This document shows positions 52,021 through 64,000 of a stretch of DNA of 64,000 nucleotides, piece after piece. Source of the DNA: Octopus sinensis (Eukaryota); the NCBI RefSeq assembly GCF_006345805.1, contig NC_043011.1, forward strand, positions 48,310,464 through 48,374,463, in the 5' to 3' direction. Each line of letters opens with the position of its first letter. The first letter of the stretch is position 1. The position numbers and the translations under genes are program-made. Below the pieces are notes generated by a model, which was not told the origin of the DNA, searched no databases, and was given only the letters and a program-made list of their open reading frames with translations.

Positions 52021-52529
52021 CATTCATATATAAATATATATATATGTGTGTGTGTGTGGTGTGTATGTATGTACATATGTAAGTATGTATGCATGTATGT
52101 ATGTGTCTTTGTAAATACAAACAGACAGATTTGCGTCTAAGTTTCGTTTGACTGCCAAATCTGTTTCAACAGCAAGATCAAAAATACAGTGAGCATTTAG
52201 TTTTGCTTTTCATCATTTTTGTCAATATTTCTATATATTGGTAAAGGAAGCACTAAATATCAAACTTTTGATTTTTCTTTTTTTTTTTTTTGCAATATTT
52301 ATTTTATCAAAAAAAAAAAAAATAATAATAATAATAATAATGTGAGCTTTTCACGAAGAACCTTTTGAAGTAAGTCTTCAGAAAACGATTTTAAGAAGCT
52401 GTGACATAAAAAAAAGGGGTATTTCACAAAAGTACATTCAAGTCACCATTCAGATTTTATCTTTCTTTCTCAGTCTATCTCCTTTCTGCATTTCACTCAT
52501 TCCTTTCTTTCATCCTTCCTCCTTTTTCT

Positions 52530-52652
52530 TATTGTTCTTTCCAATTTCTTCCCTGGTTTTTCGTCTGCTTTCCTTCCTTCAGTCCCTTTTTCTACACCTC
52601 CCTTTTCTTTCTTTCTTTGTTTCTTTCTTCCTTCCTTCCTTCCTTCCTTCCT

Positions 52653-52688
<36 letters not shown>

Positions 52689-52920
52689 TCATTCATTTTT
52701 TGTTAATTTTATTCCTTCGTTCTTCCATTCTTGTCTTCTCTTTCATATACTTGCTTTTTCTTTTCCTTTGTTTTTTTTTTGCTTCCTTCTTCCTTTTCTT
52801 CCTTTTGCTCCTCCATCTATCTTCTTCTTGCATTCATTCCATCCATTTTTCTTCCTTACATCCTGTCTGTTTGTCTGTCTGTTTGTCTGCCTGTCTCCCT
52901 CTCTCTCTCTCTATTAATCT
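52530..52920. repeat. Polypyrimidine (CTTT)/(CCTT)/(CTGT) tract
   Basis: Visible in sequence. Confidence 0.85.
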
Positions 52921-53894
52921 ATTCATCTATCTGTCTAATATATACACATTCTATTTTGCCTTCTATGCCACCATTTCATGCCTGTCATACATATAACTGC
53001 TTCATTAGTTCATTGAAACAGAGATTATATGGAAAATTCACATTAGGCACTGAGAATGACAGAATACCATAAATGCGGCAACTTTCCTTTCACATGTTCA
53101 CCTATTTCGGCACACTCACTGCATGCGTTATTCTGCTCTACAAACTCTCTTAGCATCACATTTTCCCAGAAGCATATATCATATGAGCAGCTGTCTTTGT
53201 TGGTCGTGACCCATTTTCTTGTACTTGCACAGAGATAATTTCAACATCGTGATCCATTGCAAATTTTTGTGTAAGCTTGAATAACGTTGTATGTGTGTGT
53301 ATATGTGTATGCGTGCTCATAAATGCCTGTCATGGACATACACTCACACACATATGATATATATATATATCATCCCTATGTTTTTTTAGTTTCTTTTGAA
53401 AAGTTTAATAACTTTGTTAATCCATTTGTATAAACTGAATTTAATGTCCTTTTCTATTCAATAGTTCTCATACAAATCTTCGATGTTTCTTAACCGAAAT
53501 AAACAAACAGCATCCTATAATTCCTTTTTGACAATATGTCTGACTAGATTCTGTCATTTATTGCATTTTGCTTTTTGTTTTTTTTTTCTCTTTTATTTGT
53601 ATTTACGTTTTTTATCTTGGATTTTCTTTTTCGCTTTGATATCTCGAAACTGATGCATTTTTCTTCTATTTGCAACCCAAAAAGAAATATAAACAAAAAT
53701 GTAGGAAGAAGAATATAAGTTTGGTCTTGACAAAAATATAAGGGTTCTTTACTTTGGAAATAAAAGGTGGCATGAAAGGAGGGGATATTCGTGTCTTTAC
53801 AAAGGAGATTTGGCTGTTTACATTTGAATGAAGTTGTTTCCAACTGGAAACTAAAAGAACATATTCTAAGGTTTTTCAAAAGAATATTGGTAGA

Positions 53895-54050
53895 TTAAAG
53901 TGAGAGATCACAGCTCAGGTACTACGGACACGTGATTAGAATGGTGCAGGAAAGAAATGCAAGATGGATTCTTCAAGGGGAGCCAAGTGGCAGGAGACTT
54001 AGGGGTAAATCAAGAATAAATTGGTTGGATAATTTCCATAGTCTCAATTA
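53895..54050 (+). mobile_element. RTE LINE ORF C-terminal fragment
   Basis: RSQLRYYGHVIRMVQERNARWILQGEPSGRRLRGKSRINWLDN. Confidence 0.8.
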
Positions 54051-54409
54051 GTAGTCTTTGAAAATCTTCCAGAAAGTCCAATAGCAGTCACTTTTGATAG
54101 AACACTATGAGGGAAGGGCCTGAGGGGTTTACTCTCACAACCCTTTCATGAATAGTGAGAGAAGAAAATGGATGATGAATGGATGGAATTAAAATATAAT
54201 TTCTGCAATTGGAAACTGAAACCTATTTGCAAAGATTACAAAGAAAAATTTATTGTTGAAAAGGATGAAAAGTTTTTGAATGTTACAACAATGCACTATA
54301 ATACAGAGAATGGGCTATACACCTGTTGGAATTTAACCATCCATAGTATGATATGATATTTCAGAATAATTTTCCTTCTTCAGATATTCTTAGATGGAGT
54401 CGCTGTTAT

Positions 54410-54748
54410 TTCATTTTCATTTCATTTCATTTGAGTTTGAGTCCATGCTCAGGCCAAGTCGAAGACTCCACCCTCAGAGTCTGGTGTGGTTGCCAGGTTG
54501 TATTCTCTGTTTAATTTTGACATGTGTAGGAGTGAGTTTGAGTCAGTTTGTGCTCGTTGTGTATATCCTGGGAGATGGGGTTCATCTCTAATGGTGCTTA
54601 AGTATCTATCCAGCTGCAATTTGAATGATTCCACACTGCATCCTGATAGATTTCTGACATGTACCGGAATAGAGTTGAATAGTTGTGCTCCTCGAACCAA
54701 CAGACTTGATTCTCGCAGGGTTTTTTCAGGGTTTTTTGCAGGGTTTTT
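54410..54748 (-). mobile_element. 5'-truncated CR1/L2-like LINE with (ATGAA)n tail
   Basis: VRGAQLFNSIPVHVRNLSGCSVESFKLQLDRYLSTIRDEPHLPGY..DSNSLL; TTAT at both junctions. Confidence 0.85.
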
Positions 54749-55089
54749 TATAATCGGTTTTCTAACAGCTTTTCTTTTTTATTTTGTGGAAGCGTCTCAG
54801 AAGTGGTCTCACAATGCTCCTTCCGGAATTCCTCATGTGAAGTGTGTGAAGTCAGCCATGTCTCAATCTCGTGTGTGCTGATCCATCCATAGCGCTGCTT
54901 CTAAGTTACATATTATACATGCAGCTTCCTTTTTCCCTTCTTTTTTCTCTTTTCTTCCTTTTTTTTGCTATAAACTACAGATGAGCATATTATCAAAATT
55001 GAACCTACACACATCCAGATGTATCTAAATAATGTATTGATTACCAACATCCAGCCTGTTGTTAATTTGGGGCCCTAGTCTGTGTATGA

Positions 55090-55091
55090 GT

Positions 55092-55124
<33 letters not shown>

Positions 55125-55345
55125 GTTTAACGTCTGTTTTCTATGATAGCATGGGTTGGACGGTTCACCTGGGGTCTGGGAAGCCAGTAGGCTGCACCAG
55201 GCCCAGTCTGATCTGGCAATGTTTCTACAGCTGGATGCCCTTCCTCATGCCAACCACTCCGTGAGTGTAGTGGGTGCTTTTTACGTGCCACCTGCACAGG
55301 TGCCAGATGAGGCTGGCAAACGGCCACGATCGGATGGTGCTTTTT
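55090..55345 (-). mobile_element. RTE-type 3' UTR fragment
   Basis: (CAT)n CGTTTAACGTC..GTGCCAGATGAGGCTGGC. Confidence 0.85.
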
Positions 55346-56409
55346 CCTTAATTCTTAAAAGCTGTTAGAAAACCGATTATAACAGCAACTCCATCTAAGA
55401 ATATCTGAAGAAGCAATATTATTCCAAAATATCATATCAGACAATGGATGACTAAATTACAACAGGTATATAGCCCATTCTCTGTATTATACTGCATTGT
55501 TGTACTATTCAAAACTTTTTCTTCTTTACAAACAATATACAATGCTTCAAGCAAACTACAGTACTCTCTTATTGTTGAAGCTACAAAAAAAAAAAGAATC
55601 AATTAAACTAGGAATTCAAACCTGGCTTCAAAGTTTATAAAGGTGTGTAGGAAATTTGAATTGCTCCAGCAGGGAACTAAAACCAAATTTCAAACTTACA
55701 TAGACGATTAGCAATCTAAGTTAAAATGAAACTGCTTGAATTTTGAAATGAAACCACAATCCATACCCAGGTTCTCCAGAGAGAATCTTTGTGTAATTTC
55801 CACAGTCCAGAGATCCAATGTTAAGGGAAGGATTTAATTAGTCATATCATTCCCAGAATAGTGGTGTACTTATTTTTGGTGCTGTTTGTTATGGTGATGA
55901 TGATGATAATGCTAAGGAAGAAGAAATAGTGACAATGGTATCAAATAATGCCAACTTGGATCGTTCCATCTTTTTCAGGCACAATGTTCTAGGAGAACAT
56001 AATTCAATGTGTTCTTCCATTTTTTAAAGGAAAGTAATTGTGATTTGAAGCAAATTTGGCTGCTATTTCCTGCATATCAAATGATGTCATTGAGGCTTTG
56101 TCATTAGTTTGACATGATGGTAGTGACTATGCAAGTGATGACGATGATGATAATGATGCTGACAATAATAAAGCGCACACACACATACACATTCACACAG
56201 AGAATATGGAAATTGCCATTCAAAAGTGGACAATTTGCTAATTTCAGAATCATTGTTGTTAGACATTTCCTGTCTCATTTTTGGGGTATTTTGGTAATTT
56301 TTACTCCATCTTCATTTTCTAGTCTCTTTACAGTGTAAAAAAAAAAGCTGAAAAACTCATAAAACAAATTATTTGACTTTATAATAACTTCCATTCTGAA
56401 TGTTATAAA

Positions 56410-56412
56410 CAG

Positions 56413-56460
<48 letters not shown>

Positions 56461-56506
56461 ATTATTATTATTACTATTATCATTATTATTATTATTATCA
56501 TTATTA

Positions 56507-56543
<37 letters not shown>

Positions 56544-56545
56544 CA

Positions 56546-56597
<52 letters not shown>

Positions 56598-56660
56598 CAT
56601 TATCATCATTATTATTATTATCATTATTATCATTATTATTATTATTATTATTATTATTGT
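56410..56660. repeat. (CAT)n/(ATT)n tract
   Basis: Visible in sequence. Confidence 0.95.
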
Positions 56661-56985
56661 GAGGGCGCGTGGCTTAGTGGTTAGGGCATTCGGCTCATGA
56701 TCGTAAGGTTGTGAGTTCGATTCCCGGCGACGAGTTGTGTCCTTGAGCAAGACACTTTATTTTCACGTTGCTCCAGTCCACTCAGCTGGCAAAAATGAGT
56801 TGTACTTGTACTTCAAAGGGTCAGCCTTGTCACTCTCTGTGTCACGCTGATTATCCCCGAGAACTACGTTAAGGGTACACGTGTCTGTGGAATGCTCAGC
56901 CATTTGCACGTTAATTTCACGAGCAAGCTGTTCCGTTGATCGTATCAGCTGGGACCCTCGTCGTCGTAACCGGCGGAGTCTTTTT
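56660..56985 (+). mobile_element. Full SINE family D embedded in (ATT)n
   Basis: GGCGCGTGGCTTAGTGGTTAGGG..GAGTTCGATTCCC (A and B boxes). Confidence 0.9.
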
Positions 56986-56999
56986 TAATTATTATTATT

Positions 57000-57030
<31 letters not shown>

Positions 57031-57079
57031 ATATTATTATTATTATTATATTATTATTATTATTATTATTTATTATTAA

Positions 57080-57123
<44 letters not shown>

Positions 57124-57778
57124 AATTATTATCTTTATTATTTATGGTTTCAGAAATACGTCAAGCATTCCTTTTCTCGAAAAACGAAAAATTAGTTACA
57201 TTTTCGAGGACGTACACCAAAAGTGTTCAAGGTTAACAAGGATGTTCAATAAGAAATATGAATAGAAGTATTCAATTTTGACAAGGATATTTGAAGGTTT
57301 CATATATATGGGTCAGGTGTGGTATTGCAAAATTTCAATCTTAACAGCCTTGATATCTACCAACTTCATCAACCAACCCCTCCACAATCACTACATGGTT
57401 TAGTTATGTCAATATGATTGCATGTTTGATATTTTTATTAGCTATTCATTTTCCAGGTAAATTGTGTCTATTATATTTGCTTCCCTTATTGATTCATTCT
57501 ACGGGTTTTGAAGCATTTATGACATCCTGGAAATAGATTCTGACAATGTTATTTTGTTCATCGTATTATTTGTTTCATTGACACAGGATAATATTCCTGC
57601 TGTGCTCTTCAATATACAGAGGGCTATCTGTATTTCTAAACCTCTCTGGTTATTATTGGAATAGTCCTACTGAAGGTAAAGGTGAAGGCACATGGTTTAG
57701 AGGTTAAAGTATTCAGCTCATGATCATAAGATCATGTGTTCATTACCTTATGTTTTACCAATCCATTTTATACTTATA

Positions 57779-57840
57779 GCAGTGGTGCCCCAGCATGGCC
57801 GCAGCCTTCGGGCTAAAACATTTTTAAGGATTTTAAGGAT
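57779..57840 (+). mobile_element. 62-bp CR1/L2-type tail-only insertion
   Basis: GTGGTGCCCCAGCATGGCCGCAGCCTTCGGGCTAAAAC plus (TTTTAAGGA)2, flanked by TTATA. Confidence 0.65.
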
Positions 57841-58784
57841 TTATATCATAGACCTTATGTTTTACCAATCCATTTTATACTTATATCATAGACAGTAGAC
57901 ATAGTCTAAAACTTCTAATAGTTTAGAGAGTCTTATGAAGGAGATGAGCCTCCTTTTTGAATGAAATAAGACACTCTAATACCCTCCTAGACATATAAAA
58001 AAACAAAACCAAGATGAAAGCCTTTATTGAAATATCAGCTAAATGTATCCCTACCTAATTCATTATTATTGTCCCTGCTACTCTGAATTTCATATAAAGA
58101 TATCTTGATCAAATGTCTTGATCTGGCATGATTTTGGTTTACTGCACTGTTTTGTTTCAGGAAAGAGATGAAGAAGGAATAGAAGATTGAAGAGGAAAGG
58201 CCAGCAGAAAAAGGCAGAAAAAGATGGTAAAGAGAGATGAAGAAAAGATGACAAAGAGAGATAAGAAAATGTTGACAGATTAGATTTGCTTTCATTGTAT
58301 TGTCATCTATGTTTTGTTTGTTTGTTCTTTTTTTCTTTTCGTATTATGGTTTATTGTATCTTTTTTCATGGCATTTCAATCCATTCAACTGATCTGCATC
58401 GTTAAGGTTTAATAGCCGTAGACTTATTGTTGATAGAAGGTTGCAGGGTTTGAGATAAAAATAACTGTTGCTATTTTAAAACTGGCTCAGTCTGTCTCAA
58501 GTCGTCCTGGTCATTGTTGTTTTAATGTCCACTTTTCAATGCCTGCCTGGGTCACATGCAGTTTGTTGAATCAGGTTTTCTGCATCCAGATGCCCTTCAT
58601 GTTGGCAAATCATCTGTTTCAAAGCAAGTTAATATTTTTCCGTTGCTGGATGGCTTTTCACAGAAGATTTGAAAATGAAGGACGCTGTCTTGTATGTTGG
58701 TCACAGCCATAACACTTTATCAAGACAAGAACACACACACACTCACACATTCACACATACATATGCCATGACATGGGAAGGATT

Positions 58785-59011
58785 TATTTTTCAGTACCAA
58801 TCCGGCTGAAAGCGCCTCTGTCTCAGTAGTACAAATGTCTTGTTTTCAAAAGTTCTGAATTAAAATCTCCCACCAAACCTTAGTCACAATTTATGTTCCT
58901 AACACTAGCTGAATGATAGCTAAGTTATTTTACTGAATTCTTTGCTATATTTAAAATTAATTGAAAGAAACACAGAACATCTCACCAGAAATATGGTAAC
59001 AAAAGGGTTAA
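58785..59011. mobile_element. piggyBac-type MITE (diverged)
   Basis: Ends GGTAACAAAAGGG-TTAA; left end eroded. Confidence 0.5.
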
Positions 59012-59029
59012 ATATTTGATGTTTATAGT

Positions 59030-59260
59030 GAGCACCAACCGATCGTGGCCGTTGCCAGCTTCCCCTGGCACCTGTGCCAGTGGCACGTAAAAAGCACCCA
59101 CTACACTCACAGAGTGGTTGGTGTTAGGAAGGGCATCCAGCTGTAGAAACACTACCAGATCAGACTGGAGCCTGGTGCACCCGCCTGGTTTTCCAGACCC
59201 CGGTTGAACCGTCCAACCCATGCTAGCATGGAAAACGGACGTTAAATGATGATGATGATA
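59030..59260 (+). mobile_element. RTE-type 3' UTR fragment
   Basis: GGCACGTAAAAAGCACCC..GGACGTTAAATGATGATG. Confidence 0.85.
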
Positions 59261-59921
59261 AAATGTATGTGCTGCACATCAGTTTATTCTCTCCGTGAAA
59301 TCGTTGTTGTCTGAACATGTATACTGTGTATCATACATCAGGTGTCAAACTGAAAGTAGAGCAACATGAGATGAGGCACAACAGATAGGGGAGTTCAGGT
59401 AATTTAAAGTCAAATTCTTCGAGAAGAGAAAGAAGAGAAAATACCAGTGCTTAACTGATATAATATTTTATTGTGCCCCCCACACACACTCATACACACA
59501 ATAGGTTGTAAAGTAAATTTGACTTAAGTATGATTTGATCTCAGAGTACAGGTAGCTACAACTATTGCTGCAAAGTTATCTATCTGATACTCTAACAAGT
59601 CTGCCAATTTGACTGATTTGTTTTACACACACACAGACATACACAAACCTATATATGTATGTATGTATGTATGTATGAATGTGTGTATGCATGTGTGTGT
59701 GTGTGTGCAAATAGAGATATACTTAAATATATAATATGTATATGAGTGTATGTATGTTTACATATGGACACACATGTACATACATACTGACACACACACA
59801 CACACACACATACACATATGTATATATATATAGGGCAGTTCTATCAGAGCTGACTGTATTTGCACTATATGCATCATGGCCTGAGCAAGACTTTTCTTTG
59901 TGGGGGGGACCTACCTAACAT

Positions 59922-59952
<31 letters not shown>

Positions 59953-59996
59953 CATACATATATATTATAATACATATATATATATATATATGTATT

Positions 59997-60043
<47 letters not shown>

Positions 60044-60225
60044 CAACATATGCATACACACACACGTATATATACATCAGTGTGTATTTTTGCATTTCTT
60101 TTTAATAGCCAATCATCTAATCATATAAAATGATTTGATGCAGTTTCTTTTTTGCTTTCTTCTTACTTCTTCCTTTCTTTCTTTCTTTCCAGCTTTAGCT
60201 CTCATCAGTAATCTCTCCCTTTCTT

Positions 60226-60256
<31 letters not shown>

Positions 60257-60873
60257 TACTCTCTTTCTACTCTCCATGTCTCACACACTTCTTCTCGGCT
60301 ATCTAAGCCCGTCAAGCTTCCTGCGGTGCATTCAATGAGTGCACCTACAAGCAACATTGCTCAGTTAGTTTGTAAATTGATTATTTTCTTCTCTTTCCTT
60401 TTCTCCTACACCTCCCACCTCCCACCTCTCCCCTTTGCATTCTGTAGCCTGTTAGACCAGGTTTTCTTGCGCTACACTAACATTTCCTTTAAGGAATATT
60501 GTTCAGTTCAAAGCTAACAAGCTCTGACATTGTTTTCCATTATCTTTGGCCGATATCAATGTAATAGGCTTGTCTGACCTGTTGAAGGCCAAACCAGTGG
60601 AATCTTCCCATTCTCATTTTCCAAATTGATTTTTATGAATGCATACTGAAAGAGCGGAGTAGAGAGGCAAGCATTGCGTAACTAATGCTATACATGCATA
60701 TATATATATATATATATATATATTCGCACATGCATATGAACATGTGTATGTGTACATGCATAGACATGACATTTTTATACGAACATATGTGTATACAATT
60801 ATTTGAATATATGATTTTAAGAATGAAATTCTGTGTGTGTGAAAGTGTGTATACATACATACATACATAGACA

Positions 60874-60909
<36 letters not shown>

Positions 60910-60944
60910 TATATTTATATATATATATATATATATATATAGTT

Positions 60945-61120
60945 GAAATTTAAAGAAAAACAAAAGAAGACAGGTGTATAAACAACAAGCAGGTGTATTA
61001 GTTTGATGCTTGAGAAAGGGAAAATGTCTTTTATGTTTCAAGTCTACGCTCTTCAGCAGAAGGAATATGAGGAAATAAACAGACAGACAATAAAAAACTT
61101 GTGGATTTAGCAATCAATGG
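60945..61120 (-). mobile_element. P2 repeat with a decayed hammerhead-like motif (61028-61062)
   Basis: CTT-CTGCTGA-A-GAGC(GTAG)ACTT-GAAACAT-A-AAAG; homologous to 3125-3290. Confidence 0.5.
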
Positions 61121-61358
61121 CTGTACAAACATACACACACAAATATATATATGTATATATATATATATGATTCCTGGACGAAGCATGGTGTTATGTTCTT
61201 AAGCAAGACACTTTATTTCATTTTCTCCAGATCATGTTGCTCCAGCTCAGTCAAAGTGGCACTGGCATCAGTCACATTCGGATATGATTTGTAAATTAAA
61301 AAAAACTCTTCTTATAAGTATGCTTGGTGGGATTGATGGTTAAGTTGCTGGTGACATA

Positions 61359-61573
61359 TGAGGAGATGCTAAAAAGTTCTTGGCTTTAAGGATACCATGA
61401 AAGGTCAGGCTGGAGGCTCAACCTTCTGGATTCTTTTACAGGGCTTAGAAAAACTGAAGGACCACTGCAATAAATATATGAACCTGAGAGGGGAATAGGT
61501 TGTATGAAATCATAATTGACTGATCCTCCTGTATTTTCTTCTACCTGAAGCCAGGAACTTTTCAACATCCCCT

Positions 61574-61575
<2 letters not shown>
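61359..61575. mobile_element. Tc1/mariner-type MITE
   Basis: ~28-bp TIRs TGAGGAGATGCTAAAAAGTTCTTGGCTT / AAGCCAGGAACTTTTCAACATCCCCTCA, TA on both flanks. Confidence 0.85.
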
Positions 61576-61618
<43 letters not shown>

Positions 61619-61657
61619 ATACACAAACACACACATACACACACACACACATATATA

Positions 61658-61863
61658 TGCATGGGTACTGAAAAGTTCCTGGTTTTAAGGTTATCATGAA
61701 AGGCCCAGTCTTCTGAGTTCTTTTACAGGGCTTATAAAAACCGAAGGACCGCTGCAATAAGTGAATGAATTGGAGAGGGGAATATGTTGAATAAAATCAT
61801 AATTAACCAATCCTCTTGTATTTTCTTTTGCCTAAATCCAGGAACTTTTCAGCACCCCACTTG
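61658..61863. mobile_element. Second copy of the same MITE
   Basis: CTGAAAAGTTCCTGG..CCAGGAACTTTTCAG. Confidence 0.8.
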
Positions 61864-61879
61864 TAAATATGCTTACGGA

Positions 61880-62255
61880 AAACATGATCCCAGGTTCAGT
61901 CCCACTGCGTAGCACCTTGGGTAAGTGTCTTCTACTATAGCCTCGGCAGACCAAAGCCTCATGAGTGGATTTGGTAGACGGAAACTGAAAGAAGCCCATC
62001 ATATATATGTACATATATATATATATATACATATATGTATGTGTGTGTATATGTTTGTGTGTCTGTGTTTGTCTACCCAACATCGCTTGACAACTGATGC
62101 TGGTGTGTTTACGTCCCTGTAACTTAACGGTTCGGCAAAAGAGACCATTAAAATATGTACTAGGCTTACAAAGAATAAGTCCTGGGGTCGATTTGCTCGA
62201 CTAAAGGCGGTGCTCCAGCATGGCCACAGTCAAATGACTGAAACAAGTAAAAGAG
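61880..62255 (+). mobile_element. SINE family B
   Basis: GGTTCAGTCCCACTGCGTAGCACC..GAAACAAGTAAAAGAG. Confidence 0.9.
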
Positions 62256-63417
62256 TATAAGTTGCCTTGACCTATGAAGTGAATAGTATTAACAAATCTC
62301 TGTTTATCAGATCTGTGATATATATAACGAGTCAACTTCTTATATGTAATGATGTCATTTACACTTTACCAAAGCTTACTAACATCATTTTGTCAGTTAA
62401 CATCGGACAGTGTAATGATCCGAAAGATAGTTTTTTTTTTCTCGCAAATGCACACACTTTCCTAACTTCTACCTCCTTCCTTAAGAAGGATCGTTTATCA
62501 AGATTTTTATCATTTTATTTATCACTTTATTTATTTTTTTTTCGTATTGTTAAAAACAAACTTTGTTTTACTTTTTCAAACATTTCACACCAAACTCTTA
62601 AATACTTTATGAACTAAATTCTGTTGAATTCACCTAAGTTAGTTTGATGCTTTTTACTGTCATATATATTAGCATTCACATTTTGTTTGCCGCACACATC
62701 TAACTTTTGCTGAGTAAGTGTCTTTCTTTATCTGATCATATATAGTTTGGCATTTTTCTAGATTTATGTAGATGCCTTTATTTTGTAGCAAATTTAATTG
62801 TTCACCAGAGACGCTCTGATATCAACCACTAATTTGTATTTGGTAACTTTGTAGAAATTCTGTTTCATGTGAATTATAAAAAGTATCGTGTATAAAAACA
62901 TTTTTTTCTGTTTCTGATTCAGTTTATATGACATGGAAATAATAACGCCATACACACATAAAATGTATAAATAAAGAGAATGAGATGGGGGGATGGGTGT
63001 AACATGTTTATATGCATATCGACAACTTTTATATATCAGTCATTGAGTCTCCAACTTATCAAAGTTTAAATATTTTCATGTAACATATGGTGAGCGAGGG
63101 AATGAGAGAGGAGAGAGAGAGAGAGAAGAGAGAGTGTGTGTCTTTATGTATGTGTGTGTGCATATCTGCTTATATGCATATCGATGTATATTTGTCTGGT
63201 CTCTGGACAGGTAACATTCAATCAAAAAACCAAAAGTTGTTGGTGAACTCTTACCAAAATATATGACAAATTTCAGTCTGGCCTTTGTAGTTCCTAGTGG
63301 AAAATCTTAATTTTCTAAAAGTTGCAAGATTCCATCAACTTGTAAACATTTTTGCTGTTGGTCAATATTTGGCTGAATGTAAGGGTGTGGTAAAAATTAT
63401 CACCTATTTTGAACATA

Positions 63418-63830
63418 ATAGAGTTCTATATTTAAGAGATGAGGAATTATATACATTATTTACATTGTTTACATTTGACGGTTGTTTGTCCTCATCTTAT
63501 TTTTATTAACACGTTTAGGCTGATATACCCTCACTGCCTGGAATCGAACTTGGAATCTTAGGGTTAGTAGCCTGCACTCTAACCACTATGCCCTGGGCAT
63601 ATGGCATAGTGTTAAGAGCATGGGTTACTAATACAAGATTCCAAGTTCATTCCAGCCAGCGACCTGAATAATAAATAATAACATCGAAAAAATGCCTTAG
63701 GAATGAGGAACCCAGGTTTGAAATTTCCTCAGACACTGATGAAGGCTGGAAGGTATATCAGCCGAAATGTTATGTTAATAACAAACAAGATGAGGACAAA
63801 TATCTGTCAAATGTAAATAATGTATTTTGA
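63418..63830. mobile_element. Head-to-head fold-back P1 element; right arm carries a hammerhead (63731-63776)
   Basis: Left arm is an internally deleted reverse copy of the right arm; pivot at GCCC-T-GGGC near 63590; CTGATGAAGGCTG..CAGCCGAAATGTT. Confidence 0.8.
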
Positions 63831-64000
63831 ACATGTCATTGACTTACTAGCAGGTACCATCTAGGTACAATCATTGGTATTTGTATTGTGGATCGGGTTT
63901 TGACAGTGCAAAAACATAGTAAAGACTATTACGTTGTTGTTGCAAAAATGGTGTTTGACATTTGTGGCTTCTACAACCCATGAAAAATATCCAGTTTATA

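Noticed and set aside
52112-52175. Hairpin resembling a pre-miRNA
   Set aside because: Stem of only about 13 bp with bulges; too short
54748-54900. Minus-strand terminal exon candidate with GWISTHEIETWL (EF-hand-like)
   Set aside because: Incomplete motif, poor acceptor, and it ends in a duplicated segment
57587-57675. 89-bp exon candidate IIFLLCSSIYRGLSVFLNLSGYYWNSPTE
   Set aside because: Splice signals are plausible but there is no homology or partner exon

Overview
AT-rich eukaryotic DNA made almost entirely of microsatellites and transposon debris. The SINE/LINE/MITE repertoire looks like that of a coleoid cephalopod, probably Octopus; this is recognition from memory, not a database result. 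No host protein-coding gene can be supported, and almost all ORF-track entries are translations of simple repeats or the reverse strands of TEs. Recognisable remnants are mariner and Chapaev3-type transposases, a Gypsy/Ginger-type integrase, RTE, CR1/L2-like and R4/Dong-type LINE 3' ends, a Penelope-like element (PLE) with a GIY-YIG domain, Helentron/DINE-like and piggyBac-/mariner-type MITEs, and several tRNA-derived SINE families. The SINE family labels A, B, D and E and the PLE-associated labels P1 and P2 are my own. The most interesting signal is a set of minimal type-I hammerhead-ribozyme motifs in three repeat families. One of them (P1) joins a tRNA-like Pol III head to a hammerhead, forms the 3' end of the PLE, and also occurs as short non-autonomous fold-back copies. 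Repeat boundaries are read by eye and may be off by 10-20 bp unless a TSD or TIR is quoted.
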